Source: Nitrospinales bacterium
GTDB taxonomy: Bacteria; Nitrospinota; Nitrospinia; Nitrospinales; VA-1
Assembly: GCA_965223795.1 (NCBI GenBank)
Contig: CBDCXL010000001.1
Location: 576,001 to 640,000, forward strand
Direction: 5' to 3'
Length of the DNA: 64,000 nucleotides
Position numbers and translations under genes: made by a program. Numbering within the stretch: the first letter of the stretch is position 1; every line of letters begins with the position of its first letter. Positions 18,244 to 28,254 of this stretch are shown piece by piece. The notes beneath the pieces are model-generated. The model made no database searches, was not told where the DNA came from, and was given only the letters and a program-made list of their open reading frames with translations.

Positions 18244-19218
18244 TCATTGCGTCCTGGGTTTCCAGTCTTTGAGGCGCTCCTCCGATTCGGCGAGCTGTTT
18301 TTTCGTCATCTGCTTTTCTACGAATTTGCGGAATTTGACGGCGAGCTCGCGTTCTTCCCCTTCCTCGAATTTCCGCGCCGCCAGGCTGTACCAGACGTGC
18401 GCCTCGATGAAATTTTTGTCCACGCCCAGCCCTTCCAGGTAATGCAACCCCAGATTGAACTGCGCCGGAGCCACGTTCTGCTCCGCGGCCTTGCGGTACC
18501 ATTTCGCCGCTTCCTTCATATCTTCGGGAATGCCTTTGCCCTTTTCGTACATGACGCCGAGTTTGTGCTGCGCGGCCGCGTGGTTCTGCTCGGCGGCTTT
18601 CTGGTACCATTGATACGCTTTCTGGTGATCCTGTTTCACGCCGGAACCTTTGTCGTACATGACGCCCAGGTTGTGCTGGGCCGCGGCCATATTCTGCTCG
18701 GCGGCCTTCCGATACCACTCGACGGCTTTCTCGTTGTCCTCGGGAAGCCCCAGCCCCTTGTCGTACATGACGCCCAAGTTGTGCTGGGAGGGCGCGATGC
18801 CCTGGGCGGCGGCCTTCTGATACCACTGGACCGCCTTGCGGTAATCCTGACGGACGCCGAAGCCCTTGTCGTAAAACACGGCGAGGTTGTGCTGCGCGGC
18901 GGCCAGTCCCTGGGTTGCGGCCTTGTGGTACCACTGCGCGGCTTTTTTCAAGTCCTGGGACACGCCCTGCCCTTTTTCATACAGGATGGCCAGATCGTAC
19001 TGCGCGACCGGAAACCCCTGTTTGGCCAGCGCCTTGAAGATTTCGGCCGCGGTTTTGTGGTCTCCCTTGCCGTAGGCCGTGAGCCCTTTTTCGTATTCCT
19101 CCCGGGTCGCCTCTTTGGAGTCGGCAAACGCGCAGACCCCGGCCGCTAAAATCACCATTGCCATGAACAGCGCGGCAAATCCGCGCCGGGCGAGCGCGCC
19201 ACGCACCTCAATCTTCAT
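18244..19218 (-). CDS. Secreted Sel1-like repeat protein (6 repeats)
   Basis: AQHNLGVMYDKG.G....D..KA..WY.KAA.Q repeats. Confidence 0.95.
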   Translation of the reverse strand: MKIEVRGALARRGFAALFMAMVILAAGVCAFADSKEATREEYEKGLTAYGKGDHKTAAEIFKALAKQGFPVAQYDLAILYEKGQGVSQDLKKAAQWYHKAATQGLAAAQHNLAVFYDKGFGVRQDYRKAVQWYQKAAAQGIAPSQHNLGVMYDKGLGLPEDNEKAVEWYRKAAEQNMAAAQHNLGVMYDKGSGVKQDHQKAYQWYQKAAEQNHAAAQHKLGVMYEKGKGIPEDMKEAAKWYRKAAEQNVAPAQFNLGLHYLEGLGVDKNFIEAHVWYSLAARKFEEGEERELAVKFRKFVEKQMTKKQLAESEERLKDWKPRTQ

Positions 19219-19364
19219 CGTCGGTCCTCACCGTGTTGTTTTGTTTGCGCGGGAGCCCAAAGACCCCGCCTGTGCCGGATGCGGTCAATCTATCCCGTCT
19301 CAAGGCAATTTTCAAAGAAAAACTCACGCTACACGGGGCAATCTCTCCCTATCGTGTGCCCGGC

Positions 19365-20993
19365 TCACTGCATTCCGGTGATTTTTCCTTCCTGCAGGTC
19401 GAATTGTTCCGCCCTGGGAACTTTCGGCAGGCCGGGCATACGCAATATGTCGCCGGTGAGCGGGATCAGAAAACCCGCTCCCGCGGCGATGAGGATTTCC
19501 CGCACGGTGACGGTGAAGTTTTCCGGCCGGCCCTGGATTTTGGGATCGTCGGTGAGCGACGCGGGAGTTTTGGCGATGCAGACCGGCAGGTTTGCGTAGC
19601 CCAGTTTGCGGATGGAGGCCAGGTCGCGTTCGGCTTTTTTGCTGTACTTGACCTTCTCGGCGCCGTACATGCCGTTGGCCACCTTGAAGATCTTCGTTTT
19701 CACGTCCTCCTCCCAGTCGTACAGCGGGCAGAAGGGACTGGATTTTTTCTCGGCATGACTGAGAACCTGGCGGGCCAGCTCGAGCCCGCCCTGCCCGCCT
19801 TCCGCGAACACCCGGCTCACCGCGAAAGGAACCTTCAGGCTGTTTTCGCAATGCTCCTTCACAACGGCGGCTTCTTCTTCCGTGTCGCCGGCGAAGTGAT
19901 TGAGGCAGACGACGGGCGGTTCGCAGAATTTCTGGATGTTCGACACGTGCTGATCCAGATTGGCGAGCCCGCGCCGCACCGCCTGCGGATCGGATTTTTC
20001 GAGGTCGTCCTTATCCACGCCGCCGTGCAGCTTGAGCGCCCGGCAGGTGGCGACCAATACCACCGCCGCCGTGTCCAGCCCCGCTCCGCGGCATTTGATG
20101 TCGTAGAATTTTTCCGCGCCCAGGTCGAACCCGAACCCGGCTTCCGTCACCGCCCAGTCCGCCAGGGCGAGGGCGGCGCGCGTCGCCAGGACGGAGTTGC
20201 AGCCGTGCGCGATGTTGGCGAACGGGCCGCCGTGTATCAGCGCGGGAACGCCTTCGTTGGTCTGCACCAGGTTGGGCAGCAGCGCGTCTTTGAGCAGCAC
20301 GGACATGGCTCCGACGGCGTTCACCTGGCTGGCGGTGACTGGGTCGCCGTCGACGGTGAAGGCGACGAGGATTTTTTCCAGCCGCCGCTTGAGGTCCTCG
20401 TGCCCTTCGGCGAGGCAGAGGACGGCCATGATTTCCGAAGCGGCGGTGATGTCGAACCCGGTTTCCCGCGGAACGCCCTGCAGGACGCCGCCCAGTCCGC
20501 TGACGATGTTGCGCAGCGAGCGGTCGTTCATGTCCAGCACCCGCCTCCAGGTGATGCGGCGCGGATCGATGTTGGATAGGCCCTTGTGGTAGATGTGGTT
20601 GTCCAGCATGGCGGCGAGAAAATTGTGCGCCGCGGTGACGGCGTGGAAGTCGCCGTTGAAGTGCAGGTTGATGTCCTCGATCGGCAGGACTTCGCTCGCG
20701 CCGCCTCCGGTGGCGCCGCCTTTCATGCCGAGACAGGGCCCCAGTGAGGGCTCGCGCAGAGTCAGGCAGACGCTTTCCCCAAGCTTGACCAGAGCCTGGC
20801 TGAGGCCGATCGACGTGGTGGTTTTTCCTTCCCCGGCGGCGGTGGGCGTGATGGCGGAGACCAGGATCAGCTTTCCCCTGGGCGGAAAGCGTTTGAGCAC
20901 ATCAAGACGGATTTTGGCTTTGTGCGGACCATACAGGATGAGGTCCGTTTCGGTGAGCCCCAGTTTACCGGCTATCTCGATGATCGGCCGCAT
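19365..20993 (-). CDS. fhs: Formate--tetrahydrofolate ligase
   Basis: TPTAAGEGKTT, REPSLGP..GMKGGATGGG, INLHFNGDFHA, HGGPFANIAHGCNS, TEAGFG.DLGAEKF, MPGLPK. Confidence 0.97.
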   Translation of the reverse strand: MRPIIEIAGKLGLTETDLILYGPHKAKIRLDVLKRFPPRGKLILVSAITPTAAGEGKTTTSIGLSQALVKLGESVCLTLREPSLGPCLGMKGGATGGGASEVLPIEDINLHFNGDFHAVTAAHNFLAAMLDNHIYHKGLSNIDPRRITWRRVLDMNDRSLRNIVSGLGGVLQGVPRETGFDITAASEIMAVLCLAEGHEDLKRRLEKILVAFTVDGDPVTASQVNAVGAMSVLLKDALLPNLVQTNEGVPALIHGGPFANIAHGCNSVLATRAALALADWAVTEAGFGFDLGAEKFYDIKCRGAGLDTAAVVLVATCRALKLHGGVDKDDLEKSDPQAVRRGLANLDQHVSNIQKFCEPPVVCLNHFAGDTEEEAAVVKEHCENSLKVPFAVSRVFAEGGQGGLELARQVLSHAEKKSSPFCPLYDWEEDVKTKIFKVANGMYGAEKVKYSKKAERDLASIRKLGYANLPVCIAKTPASLTDDPKIQGRPENFTVTVREILIAAGAGFLIPLTGDILRMPGLPKVPRAEQFDLQEGKITGMQ

Positions 20994-21071
20994 GCTTGCT
21001 GCGATGAATTTATGGAATCGGAGAAAACGAGGGAAAGTGTATCACAGTTTCAACGGCAAGGGCGGAGCCGT

Positions 21072-21842
21072 TCACTTGACGTTGTGGAGAAACCGGTTCT
21101 TGAGATACTCCACCAGGGTGGGGTAGTACCAGAGGCGGGAGGGCTGGCCGCTGGGGCGGATGATCCTCGGGGTTCCGGAAACGTCGCGCAGGGCGGATTT
21201 CATCAGCGGGATCGCCTTGGCCACCTGGTGATAGGGATAGGTGTTGAAGTTGTCCTTCTCGCTGACGGTGATGGTCTCCTGGTACAGAACACCACCGCCG
21301 CCGTCGCCTTTCTCCATTCTCAGCACGGTGACGCCGCAGTTGGGAATGTCCTGCTGGGTGAGCGCCCAGTAGCCGCCGTGCACACCCTGATATTTTGGCG
21401 TGATCCCCACGTGGGTGTGCAGGAAGGGGGCGTCGATGCAATTGAGCACCTCTTCGCTCAAGGTGTCGGCTTCCTCCACCACCACCGCATCCGGAGAAAG
21501 AAATTTGAGAAGCTGAACAGTTTCTTCACTGTTGAGGGCCTGCACCCGTTGCAGAATCTGTTCCGGGAAGGGCGCGTTGTCCAGCGCGTACCGTTTTTTG
21601 ATCTGTTCTATATGCGGGCGGGATTGGCGGCTCAGGAATTTGTTGAACAGCATGAAAGAGATCTGGCCGGCGACTTTGCGCACGCCGAGCGTTTTCAGCC
21701 TGCGCGTGAGCAACTGCCCGCGGGTGGCCTTTTTCTCCTTGATGACTTTGACGATATCGAAATCGTCCTTCAGGCCGTGATACATGATTCGCGATGAATC
21801 ACGTCCCTCGACCAGCATCACGACTTTGATCCGGTTCGGCAT
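21072..21842 (-). CDS. Formyltransferase-fold protein with degenerate active site
   Basis: H.GITPKY.GVHGGYWAL...CGVTV....G.....VLYQ resembles Formyl_trans_N. Confidence 0.75.
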   Translation of the reverse strand: MPNRIKVVMLVEGRDSSRIMYHGLKDDFDIVKVIKEKKATRGQLLTRRLKTLGVRKVAGQISFMLFNKFLSRQSRPHIEQIKKRYALDNAPFPEQILQRVQALNSEETVQLLKFLSPDAVVVEEADTLSEEVLNCIDAPFLHTHVGITPKYQGVHGGYWALTQQDIPNCGVTVLRMEKGDGGGGVLYQETITVSEKDNFNTYPYHQVAKAIPLMKSALRDVSGTPRIIRPSGQPSRLWYYPTLVEYLKNRFLHNVK

Positions 21843-22388
21843 CGTGCGCTCCTGTTGCGAACAGGCAGAAAACTTCCGCTAAATGGACATCACTATGGCT
21901 TTGGATGCAATCGGTTCGAACCCCTTTCCCGGTTGCAGAAAAAACACCCGTATTCTATTGGGTTTCAGTCATTCATGTTGCGTTGACCGGTTCTCTTGAC
22001 TGTCACCGGCACAGAAAAAAAAGGAATCTTTGACTTGAAGCCAAACTCGCCGTCTGACCAAGAATTCTCACATAGTTTTAACATTTATTGATTAAATTAA
22101 AGCTATCATGATTTTTCCATATTTCCACTTTTTTCTTTTTTTTATATGCCCGTTTTTTCCTTCCTTTTTGAGTGCAACCTGAAGCGGTTGCCTTGAAAAA
22201 TTTCACTCCAAATACAAATTTATTACCCGAAGTTTTATTTTTACAGTAAGCTCGATTTGCAATCCTTTGCTGTTCAATCCATCAATAAAAACAGACTTCT
22301 GAACGCGAGCAGACCGGTTTTTCCGTTCGACTGAATCCGGCGCTTTCCTACCGGGAACACCAACTGTAGCTGAAACGAGGAGCGTTCC

Positions 22389-22844
22389 ATGATCAAGGAA
22401 TTTAAAGAGTTTGCCATGCGGGGCAATGTGGTGGATATGGCGGTGGGAATCATCATCGGCGGCGCATTCGGGCTCATCGTCAAGGTGCTGGTGTCCGATG
22501 TGCTCATGCCTCCCATCGGGCTGCTTCTTGGCGGCGTGGATTTCACGGATTTTTTCCTCGTCCTGAAAGAAGGGTCCACAGCGAGCCCCTACGCTTCTCT
22601 GGAAGCCGCGAAAGCCGCAGGCGCCGTGACCGTCAATTACGGCGTGTTTTTCAACTCGGTGATCAGTTTTCTGATCGTGGCGTTTGCCGTTTTTCTGCTC
22701 ATCCGCGGCATCAACAGGATGAAGCGGGAAGAGGAAAAACCGGAAGAAGCGCCCACGACCAAAGACTGCGATTTCTGTTTCAGCTCCATTCCCGTCAAGG
22801 CGTCCCGGTGTCCTCACTGCACGTCGCAGCTTCAGGCGGGATGA
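22389..22844 (+). CDS. mscL: Large-conductance mechanosensitive channel with C-terminal zinc ribbon
   Basis: [32 protein letters not shown]...VISFLIVAF; tail CDFC...RCPHCT. Confidence 0.96.
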   Translation: MIKEFKEFAMRGNVVDMAVGIIIGGAFGLIVKVLVSDVLMPPIGLLLGGVDFTDFFLVLKEGSTASPYASLEAAKAAGAVTVNYGVFFNSVISFLIVAFAVFLLIRGINRMKREEEKPEEAPTTKDCDFCFSSIPVKASRCPHCTSQLQAG

Positions 22845-22884
22845 TTCCTTTCAACCGTTATTCTTCTACTCAAGGTGTGCGAAC

Positions 22885-23610
22885 ATGAAAAAAATCTCAG
22901 CTTTGGTTTTTTGTCTCTTTCTGATCCCCGCCGCCGGCCAGGCGGGCATTTTCGAAGATCTGATGGGCGGTCTGAAAAACACGCCGGTGATGGGCGGCGC
23001 CCCGGATCTGGAAACCACCATCTCCGGGCTGAAGCAGGCGCTGTCGGTGGGCACGGAAAATGCCGTGGCTTTTCTCTCCAGGAACAACGGCTATTTCAAG
23101 AACGAGGCGGTGAAGATCCTGATGCCGGAAAAAATCCAGAACGTGGCCGACACCATGAAGAAATTCGGATTTCAGCAGCAGGTGGAGAGCTTCGAAATGA
23201 GCATGAACCGGGCCGCGGAAAAAGCCGCGCCCAAGGCCAAGGAATATTTCCTGGAAGCGATCCAGGAGATGACGTTCGACGACGCCAAGGGCATCCTGAA
23301 CGGCGGCGACACGTCCGCGACGGAGTACCTCAAGTCGAAAACCTCCGGCAAGATCTACGAAGCCTTCAAACCGATGGTGGAAAACAGTCTCGATCAGGTG
23401 GGCGGCACCGCCGCGTACAACAACATGATGCAAACCTTCACCTCGCTGCCGTTCATGTCCGCCCAGTCTCTGGACCTGAACCATTACGTCACCAACGAAG
23501 CGATGAACGGGCTGTTCCTCATGGTGGGGAAAGAGGAGAAAAAAATCCGCACCAACCCGGCAGCGCGGGTGACGGATCTTCTTAAAAAGGTGTTCGGCAA
23601 TCAGGGATGA
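22885..23610 (+). CDS. DUF4197-family secreted protein
   Basis: GLKQAL..G...[50 protein letters not shown]. Confidence 0.9.
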   Translation: MKKISALVFCLFLIPAAGQAGIFEDLMGGLKNTPVMGGAPDLETTISGLKQALSVGTENAVAFLSRNNGYFKNEAVKILMPEKIQNVADTMKKFGFQQQVESFEMSMNRAAEKAAPKAKEYFLEAIQEMTFDDAKGILNGGDTSATEYLKSKTSGKIYEAFKPMVENSLDQVGGTAAYNNMMQTFTSLPFMSAQSLDLNHYVTNEAMNGLFLMVGKEEKKIRTNPAARVTDLLKKVFGNQG

Positions 23611-23748
23611 GCCTGCGGCGTCGCCGCATCCGGCGCGGAATTTCTTCCAACTTGGGCTTGATTCCGCCTTCGCGATCGTTGTACGGTAAAAAATCCACCG
23701 AATTGTCAAGCACCTCGATTCCACTGTGCAGAAAAGGAGATCTTTGCC

Positions 23749-24300
23749 ATGAATCTACTGGAAATGCTTCTCAACAACCAGGGCGGGGAATCCGTCAAAC
23801 AAATGGGAAAAGCCGTCGGACTGGGCGAGACGGACACCAAGAACATTCTCGAACGCGTGCTGCCTGCTGTCACGAGAGGGCTGAAAAACAACGCCTCCAG
23901 CGAATCCGGGCTGGAAAGTCTGATGAGCGCGCTGAACAGGGGATCGCACCAGCGCTACCTGGAGCAGCCCGAGACGCTGCGCAAGCCGGAAAGCATCCTC
24001 GAAGGCAACGCCATCCTGGGACACATTTTCGGCAGCAAGGATGTGAGCCGCAACGTGGCGAGCCATGCGGCCAAACAGACCGGCCAGGATACGGGGATCA
24101 TCAAAAAACTGCTGCCCATGGTGGCCGCCGCGGCGATGGGGGCCCTCAGCAAACAGACCAACGGCGGCACCGCTCCCAGCGCTTCGATGAGCGGCAGTCA
24201 AAATGATTCGCCGCTGGGGCTTCTGGGATCGTTCCTCGATGCGGACAACGACGGCGACGTGATGGACGACATCCTGGGAATGGCAAAGCGGTTCTTCTGA
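23749..24300 (+). CDS. DUF937-family protein
   Basis: GNAILGHIFGSKDVSRNVA..AA..TG; C-terminal EF-hand-like LDADNDGDVMDD. Confidence 0.85.
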   Translation: MNLLEMLLNNQGGESVKQMGKAVGLGETDTKNILERVLPAVTRGLKNNASSESGLESLMSALNRGSHQRYLEQPETLRKPESILEGNAILGHIFGSKDVSRNVASHAAKQTGQDTGIIKKLLPMVAAAAMGALSKQTNGGTAPSASMSGSQNDSPLGLLGSFLDADNDGDVMDDILGMAKRFF

Positions 24301-24393
24301 CGCTTGCATCGATTCAATCCGACGGGAAAGTGGCGATAGGGACCCGTCTGCCCTTTTCCGCTTCATCCACGCATTGCTTCTGAGGAGTTCATC

Positions 24394-24597
24394 ATGTCCA
24401 TCGCACGCATTACGGAAATCAACGCCTCTTCTGGAAAAAGTTTTGACGATGCCATACGCACCGGGATTCAGAGGGCCAACAAGACCCTTCGCAACGTCAA
24501 AGGCGCCTGGATCAACGAGCAGAAAGTGGTGGTCAAGGATGGAGCGGTCACCGAATACCGGGTCATCATGAAAGTGAGTTTTGTGCTGGAAGATTGA
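24394..24597 (+). CDS. Dodecin-family protein
   Basis: 67 aa; EI.ASS.KSFDDAI..GI.RA.KTLRNV.GAW...EYRV.MKVSF. Confidence 0.9.
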   Translation: MSIARITEINASSGKSFDDAIRTGIQRANKTLRNVKGAWINEQKVVVKDGAVTEYRVIMKVSFVLED

Positions 24598-24636
24598 AAT
24601 CGTTCAACGGAGTGCCAATAAAGGGGAGAATTCTTC

Positions 24637-25065
24637 ATGGGATTGTTCGATTTTGTGAAGTCCATCGGCAACAAGATTTTCAACAAAGAGGATGAAGCGG
24701 CGGATAAAATCAAAGACCACATTGAGGAGGAGAATCCCGGCGTGAAGGACCTCAAGGTGGAATATGAAAACGGATCGGTGAAGCTGACCGGCAACAGCGA
24801 CTCGGCCGAGGCGGCGGAAAAAGCCATCCTGATGGCGGGCAATATCAAAGGGGTGGAAAGCATCGTCAACGAGATCAAGGCGCCGGAGCAAAAGGAAAAA
24901 GTCCTGTTTTACGTCATCGAAAAAGGAGACACGCTTTCCAAGCTGGCGAAAAAATATTACGGCGACGCTATGGATTATCCCAGGATCTTCAAGGCCAACA
25001 CGGAGGTGATCAAGGACCCGGACAAGATCTTTGTCGGTCAGAAAATCCGCATCCCCATGAATTGA
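24637..25065 (+). CDS. kbp: BON-LysM protein (Kbp/YgaU family)
   Basis: MGLFDFVK..G.KIF, EKAIL.AGNI.GV, LysM GDTLSKLAKKYYG....Y..IF.AN...IKDPDKI..GQ.IRIP. Confidence 0.88.
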   Translation: MGLFDFVKSIGNKIFNKEDEAADKIKDHIEEENPGVKDLKVEYENGSVKLTGNSDSAEAAEKAILMAGNIKGVESIVNEIKAPEQKEKVLFYVIEKGDTLSKLAKKYYGDAMDYPRIFKANTEVIKDPDKIFVGQKIRIPMN

Positions 25066-25114
25066 ATCGTATTTTTGACGGGGCCTCCCGCAAGCGAGGC
25101 CCCTTCCCCGCCGC

Positions 25115-25660
25115 ATGCCCACTGTCTTCACACACGCCGTCGTCGCCGGAGCCGCCACGCAGGTCTTCTCCCCCAGGGAATTGCGGAACCGCATCCTCGC
25201 GTTTTCGGTCCTGGGTTCCATCCTCCCCGATATCGACGTGCTGTGGTTTTATTTCGGCGTCCGCTATGAGGACTTTCTCGGTCACCGGGGCTTTTTCCAC
25301 TCCTTCGCCTTCGCGCTGCTGCTCGCGGTCTTCTTCGTTGCCGCATTTTTCAGACAATTTTCCTTTCTTTCGCGGCCCTGGCGGTTGTGGGTGCTGTATT
25401 TTTTCTGCGTCACCGCGTCGCACGGCGTGCTCGACGGGCTGACCGACGGCGGGCTGGGGATCGCGTATTTCTCACCCGCCGACGACACCCGCTACTTTCT
25501 GCCCTGGCGGCCGATTCCGGTTTCGCCCATCGGGGTTTCCGGGTTTTTGACCCTTTATGGAGCGAAGGTGCTGTTGTGGGAATGTTTCATCGTCTGGATT
25601 CCGGCGCTGATTGCCATGTTCGCGGCCAGGCGTATCTTCAAGGTGAACGCGATCCGCTGA
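25115..25660 (+). CDS. YdjM-like inner-membrane metal-dependent hydrolase
   Basis: TH, LPDID, GHRGFFHS, SHGVLDGLTDGGLG motifs. Confidence 0.9.
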   Translation: MPTVFTHAVVAGAATQVFSPRELRNRILAFSVLGSILPDIDVLWFYFGVRYEDFLGHRGFFHSFAFALLLAVFFVAAFFRQFSFLSRPWRLWVLYFFCVTASHGVLDGLTDGGLGIAYFSPADDTRYFLPWRPIPVSPIGVSGFLTLYGAKVLLWECFIVWIPALIAMFAARRIFKVNAIR

Positions 25661-25782
25661 TAAGCCTCCGGTTTTCCCGATTCCCCCGCCAACCCACAAA
25701 CCTCAAGCCAAACTTTTGAATTTTCAACGGTTAGTTTAAAACCGCCCGAATTGGCCTGATATTCCATTATAATCAATGAGTT

Positions 25783-26756
25783 ATGAAACTTTTCGCACAC
25801 AAGGACGCGCCCAAGGCCTACGCCCGGGAACGGGTTTTCCGGTATTCCCCGGTAACCGGATTTGTGGCGGTGTTCGTCAGTTTTTTTCTGTTTTTCGGCT
25901 GCCTGATCCTGGCCCTGTCCGGCGGCTACAAGAACGGCGGCTTTCATCTCGATCCGGTGCTGCTGTACTGGTTCGCGTTCGTCGCCTTTGTGTTCTCGCT
26001 GATCTGTCTCTACTATTTTCGTGCCCGCACCCGGCCCACGAACTGGCTGGTGAAGGGCTATCCCGACCGCATGCTGGTGAAATTCCGTTCGTACACTTGA
26101 ACGACCACTACCCGGACACGGACCTGGCGATCGTCGAAATCCCCTACTCCGAGATCGCGTGGGCACGCAAAACGCGCGAGAAACTCACGACTCCAAGCTG
26201 CGGCACGGATGAGCGGCAGCGGGTGCAGTTTTATACGTTTCTGGACTTCAAGCTGAAGGGAGTGGATGCGGCGCCGCTTTCTGAAGCGCTGGAAACAGAG
26301 CGCAAGCGCTGGCCGTATCAGTCGGAAGTGGGAAAGTGGAAACGCGAACTGTTCGATGCAAGAAAACGCAAAGCGCCGGAACACGAGATCGCCCGCATCC
26401 GGCAGAGTCTGGAGCGGGCGAAAGAGAGGCAGCCGAAGCGCAAACGCGGCGACGGCGTCAAACACCATGACTACCCGGTGCGTGTCGTGGACACCGACAC
26501 CGTGCGCATTCAATGGAACGGCATCCGGCCGAAAATCAAACCGGCGCTGGATTTTTTCAGCACGCATTTCTCCGTCGAGCCGGAACTGTCCCTCGACACG
26601 GACGCCACCGAAGCGAACGGCAAGCCCGCCGACGACCGCATCCTGGATCTGGCGCTTCGGGGCGACACCATCACCGCCACCGCCCTGACAAAGAAAACCT
26701 ACGGTTATTCCCTGAAACGATCGAAAGAATTCGTGGACGAGTTGCTGCAGCGTTGA
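25783..26756 (+). pseudogene. Frameshifted membrane protein gene with C-terminal L7/L12-like motif
   Basis: Frame 1 ends VKFRSYT* at 26100; frame 2 continues LNDHYPDTD...GYSLKRSKEFVDEL; extra AC at about 26095-26096. Confidence 0.75.
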
Positions 26757-26773
26757 TCAAAGCGGATCCATAG

Positions 26774-26810
26774 AAAAGACCCGGCCCGCTAAAAGGGCCG
26801 GGTCTTTTTT
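26774..26810. terminator. Bidirectional terminator
   Basis: AAAAGACCCGGCCC-GCTAAAA-GGGCCGGGTCTTTTTT between convergent genes. Confidence 0.85.
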
Positions 26811-26827
26811 GCCCCGCGTCCGGCGCA

Positions 26828-27262
26828 TCAGCAGGCACAGCCTGCCGCCGCCTGCGGATCGCAGGCCTTCTCCTCCGCATCTTCATGCACCACGAAGGTT
26901 TCCCAGGCGTTGCCGTCGGGATCGCGCACCCAGACCTTGTCCTGGCGCGCGTAGCAGCAGACGGTGTCTTCCTCGATCTTCGTGTCGAGTCCGAGCGCTT
27001 GCAGCCGCTCGGCCTGCGCCTTGACTTGTTCGCTGGAAGCCACCTGCACGCCGAAATGGCTCGCCCGGTTGCCGCTCACGCGGCCGGCCTGGGTCAGGGC
27101 CAGGTTGAGCGGCGGCGTGTCCACTTCGAACTTGGCGTAGCCGGATTTAAGCTTTGCAGGCGGCACGTCGAACAGCGCTGTGTAAAAGCGCACCGCTTCT
27201 TCGAACCGGCGCGTGTTGAGCCCCATGTGGATTCTGGTTTTTACCTCGATCGTCCTGTTCAT
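26828..27262 (-). CDS. ArsI/CadI-family VOC metalloenzyme
   Basis: RIH..LN...FY..LF...P.K...GYAKF....PPLNLAL, HFGVQV, CCYARQDKVWV.DPDGN.WE.F. Confidence 0.9.
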   Translation of the reverse strand: MNRTIEVKTRIHMGLNTRRFEEAVRFYTALFDVPPAKLKSGYAKFEVDTPPLNLALTQAGRVSGNRASHFGVQVASSEQVKAQAERLQALGLDTKIEEDTVCCYARQDKVWVRDPDGNAWETFVVHEDAEEKACDPQAAAGCAC

Positions 27263-27388
27263 GATTTCCTCCTGTCGTTTGAGTGTGAAGTGCATTGCCC
27301 TTGCAATGCTCAAACCAGTAGACGGAGGAGTTCTTAAAAAGACGCAAATGGGATTAAAAAATATCTGCAAAAAATAGATCGTTGCTTC

Positions 27389-27436
27389 TTGACCTGTACC
27401 CTTCACCCGCCTATAGTTATACATATGGCTAACTAT
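27389..27436 (+). promoter_or_regulatory. Sigma70-type promoter and palindromic operator of the ArsR gene (leaderless)
   Basis: TTGACC-17 nt-TATAGT; inverted repeat ATAGTTA-N10-TAACTAT spanning the ATG. Confidence 0.7.
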
Positions 27437-27769
27437 TACTCAAATCTCGATACGGTTTTCCAAGCCTTGGGAGACCCCACAAGGCGTGCTGTGATTCAGC
27501 GGCTCGTGAAAGCTCCGGCGAGCGTGAAAAAACTGGCGGAACCCTTCGACATGGCGCTGCCCTCCTTCATGAAGCACCTCGCTGTCCTGGAAAACTGCGG
27601 CCTCATTTCTTCAACCAAAGTCGGGCGGGTTCGGACATGCCGCCTCATGCCAAAACGTTTGGCGGCGGCAGAGAATTGGCTGGGTGTTCAACGCAAGCTG
27701 TGGGAAGGCAGGACGGATCGGTTAGCGGAATATGTGGAAAACCAACTGGTGAAGGAGAAACCCAAATGA
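27425..27769 (+). CDS. ArsR/SmtB-family transcriptional regulator
   Basis: VFQALGDPTRR, LAEPFDMALPSFMKHL.VLE..GLI...KVGRVRTC. Confidence 0.93.
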   Translation: MANYYSNLDTVFQALGDPTRRAVIQRLVKAPASVKKLAEPFDMALPSFMKHLAVLENCGLISSTKVGRVRTCRLMPKRLAAAENWLGVQRKLWEGRTDRLAEYVENQLVKEKPK

Positions 27770-28230
27770 CCGAAACCGATAAAGATCTCACTGTTTCCCG
27801 CATTATCAAAGCGCCGCGCAAGGCCGTCTGGAAAGCGTGGGCCGAGCCGGAGCATTTTGTAAAATGGTGGGCGCCGTCGCCGATCGTCACGATTTCAAAG
27901 AAACACGAGTTTTATGCGGGAGGCGCATTCGATACGGTCATGCGGATGGAAGACGGTACCGAACACGGAGGCGAAGGCTGCTTTCTGGAGGTCGTTGAGC
28001 ACAAGCGTATTGTGTTCACCGATGCGCTTCAAGGCGGCTGGCGGCCGAACGAGGAATCGTTCTTTTCCGCGATCATTGCTTTGGAGGAACATCCGCAAGG
28101 CACGAAATACACGGCTACGGCGCTCCATAAAAATGACGCAGACCGGCAGAAACACGCTGACATGGGCTTTCTGGAAGGCTGGGGGACTTGCATCGATCAG
28201 CTTGGAAAAATCGCCGAGCAATTTGCATGA
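27766..28230 (+). CDS. SRPBCC/AHSA1-family protein
   Basis: R.IKAPR..VW.AW..PE...KWWAP, G.FLEVV...RIVFTD, H..MGF.EGW..C.DQL; ATGA overlap with ArsR. Confidence 0.9.
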   Translation: MTETDKDLTVSRIIKAPRKAVWKAWAEPEHFVKWWAPSPIVTISKKHEFYAGGAFDTVMRMEDGTEHGGEGCFLEVVEHKRIVFTDALQGGWRPNEESFFSAIIALEEHPQGTKYTATALHKNDADRQKHADMGFLEGWGTCIDQLGKIAEQFA

Positions 28231-28254
28231 ATCGTTCGCGTCAAAAAGGAAAAT

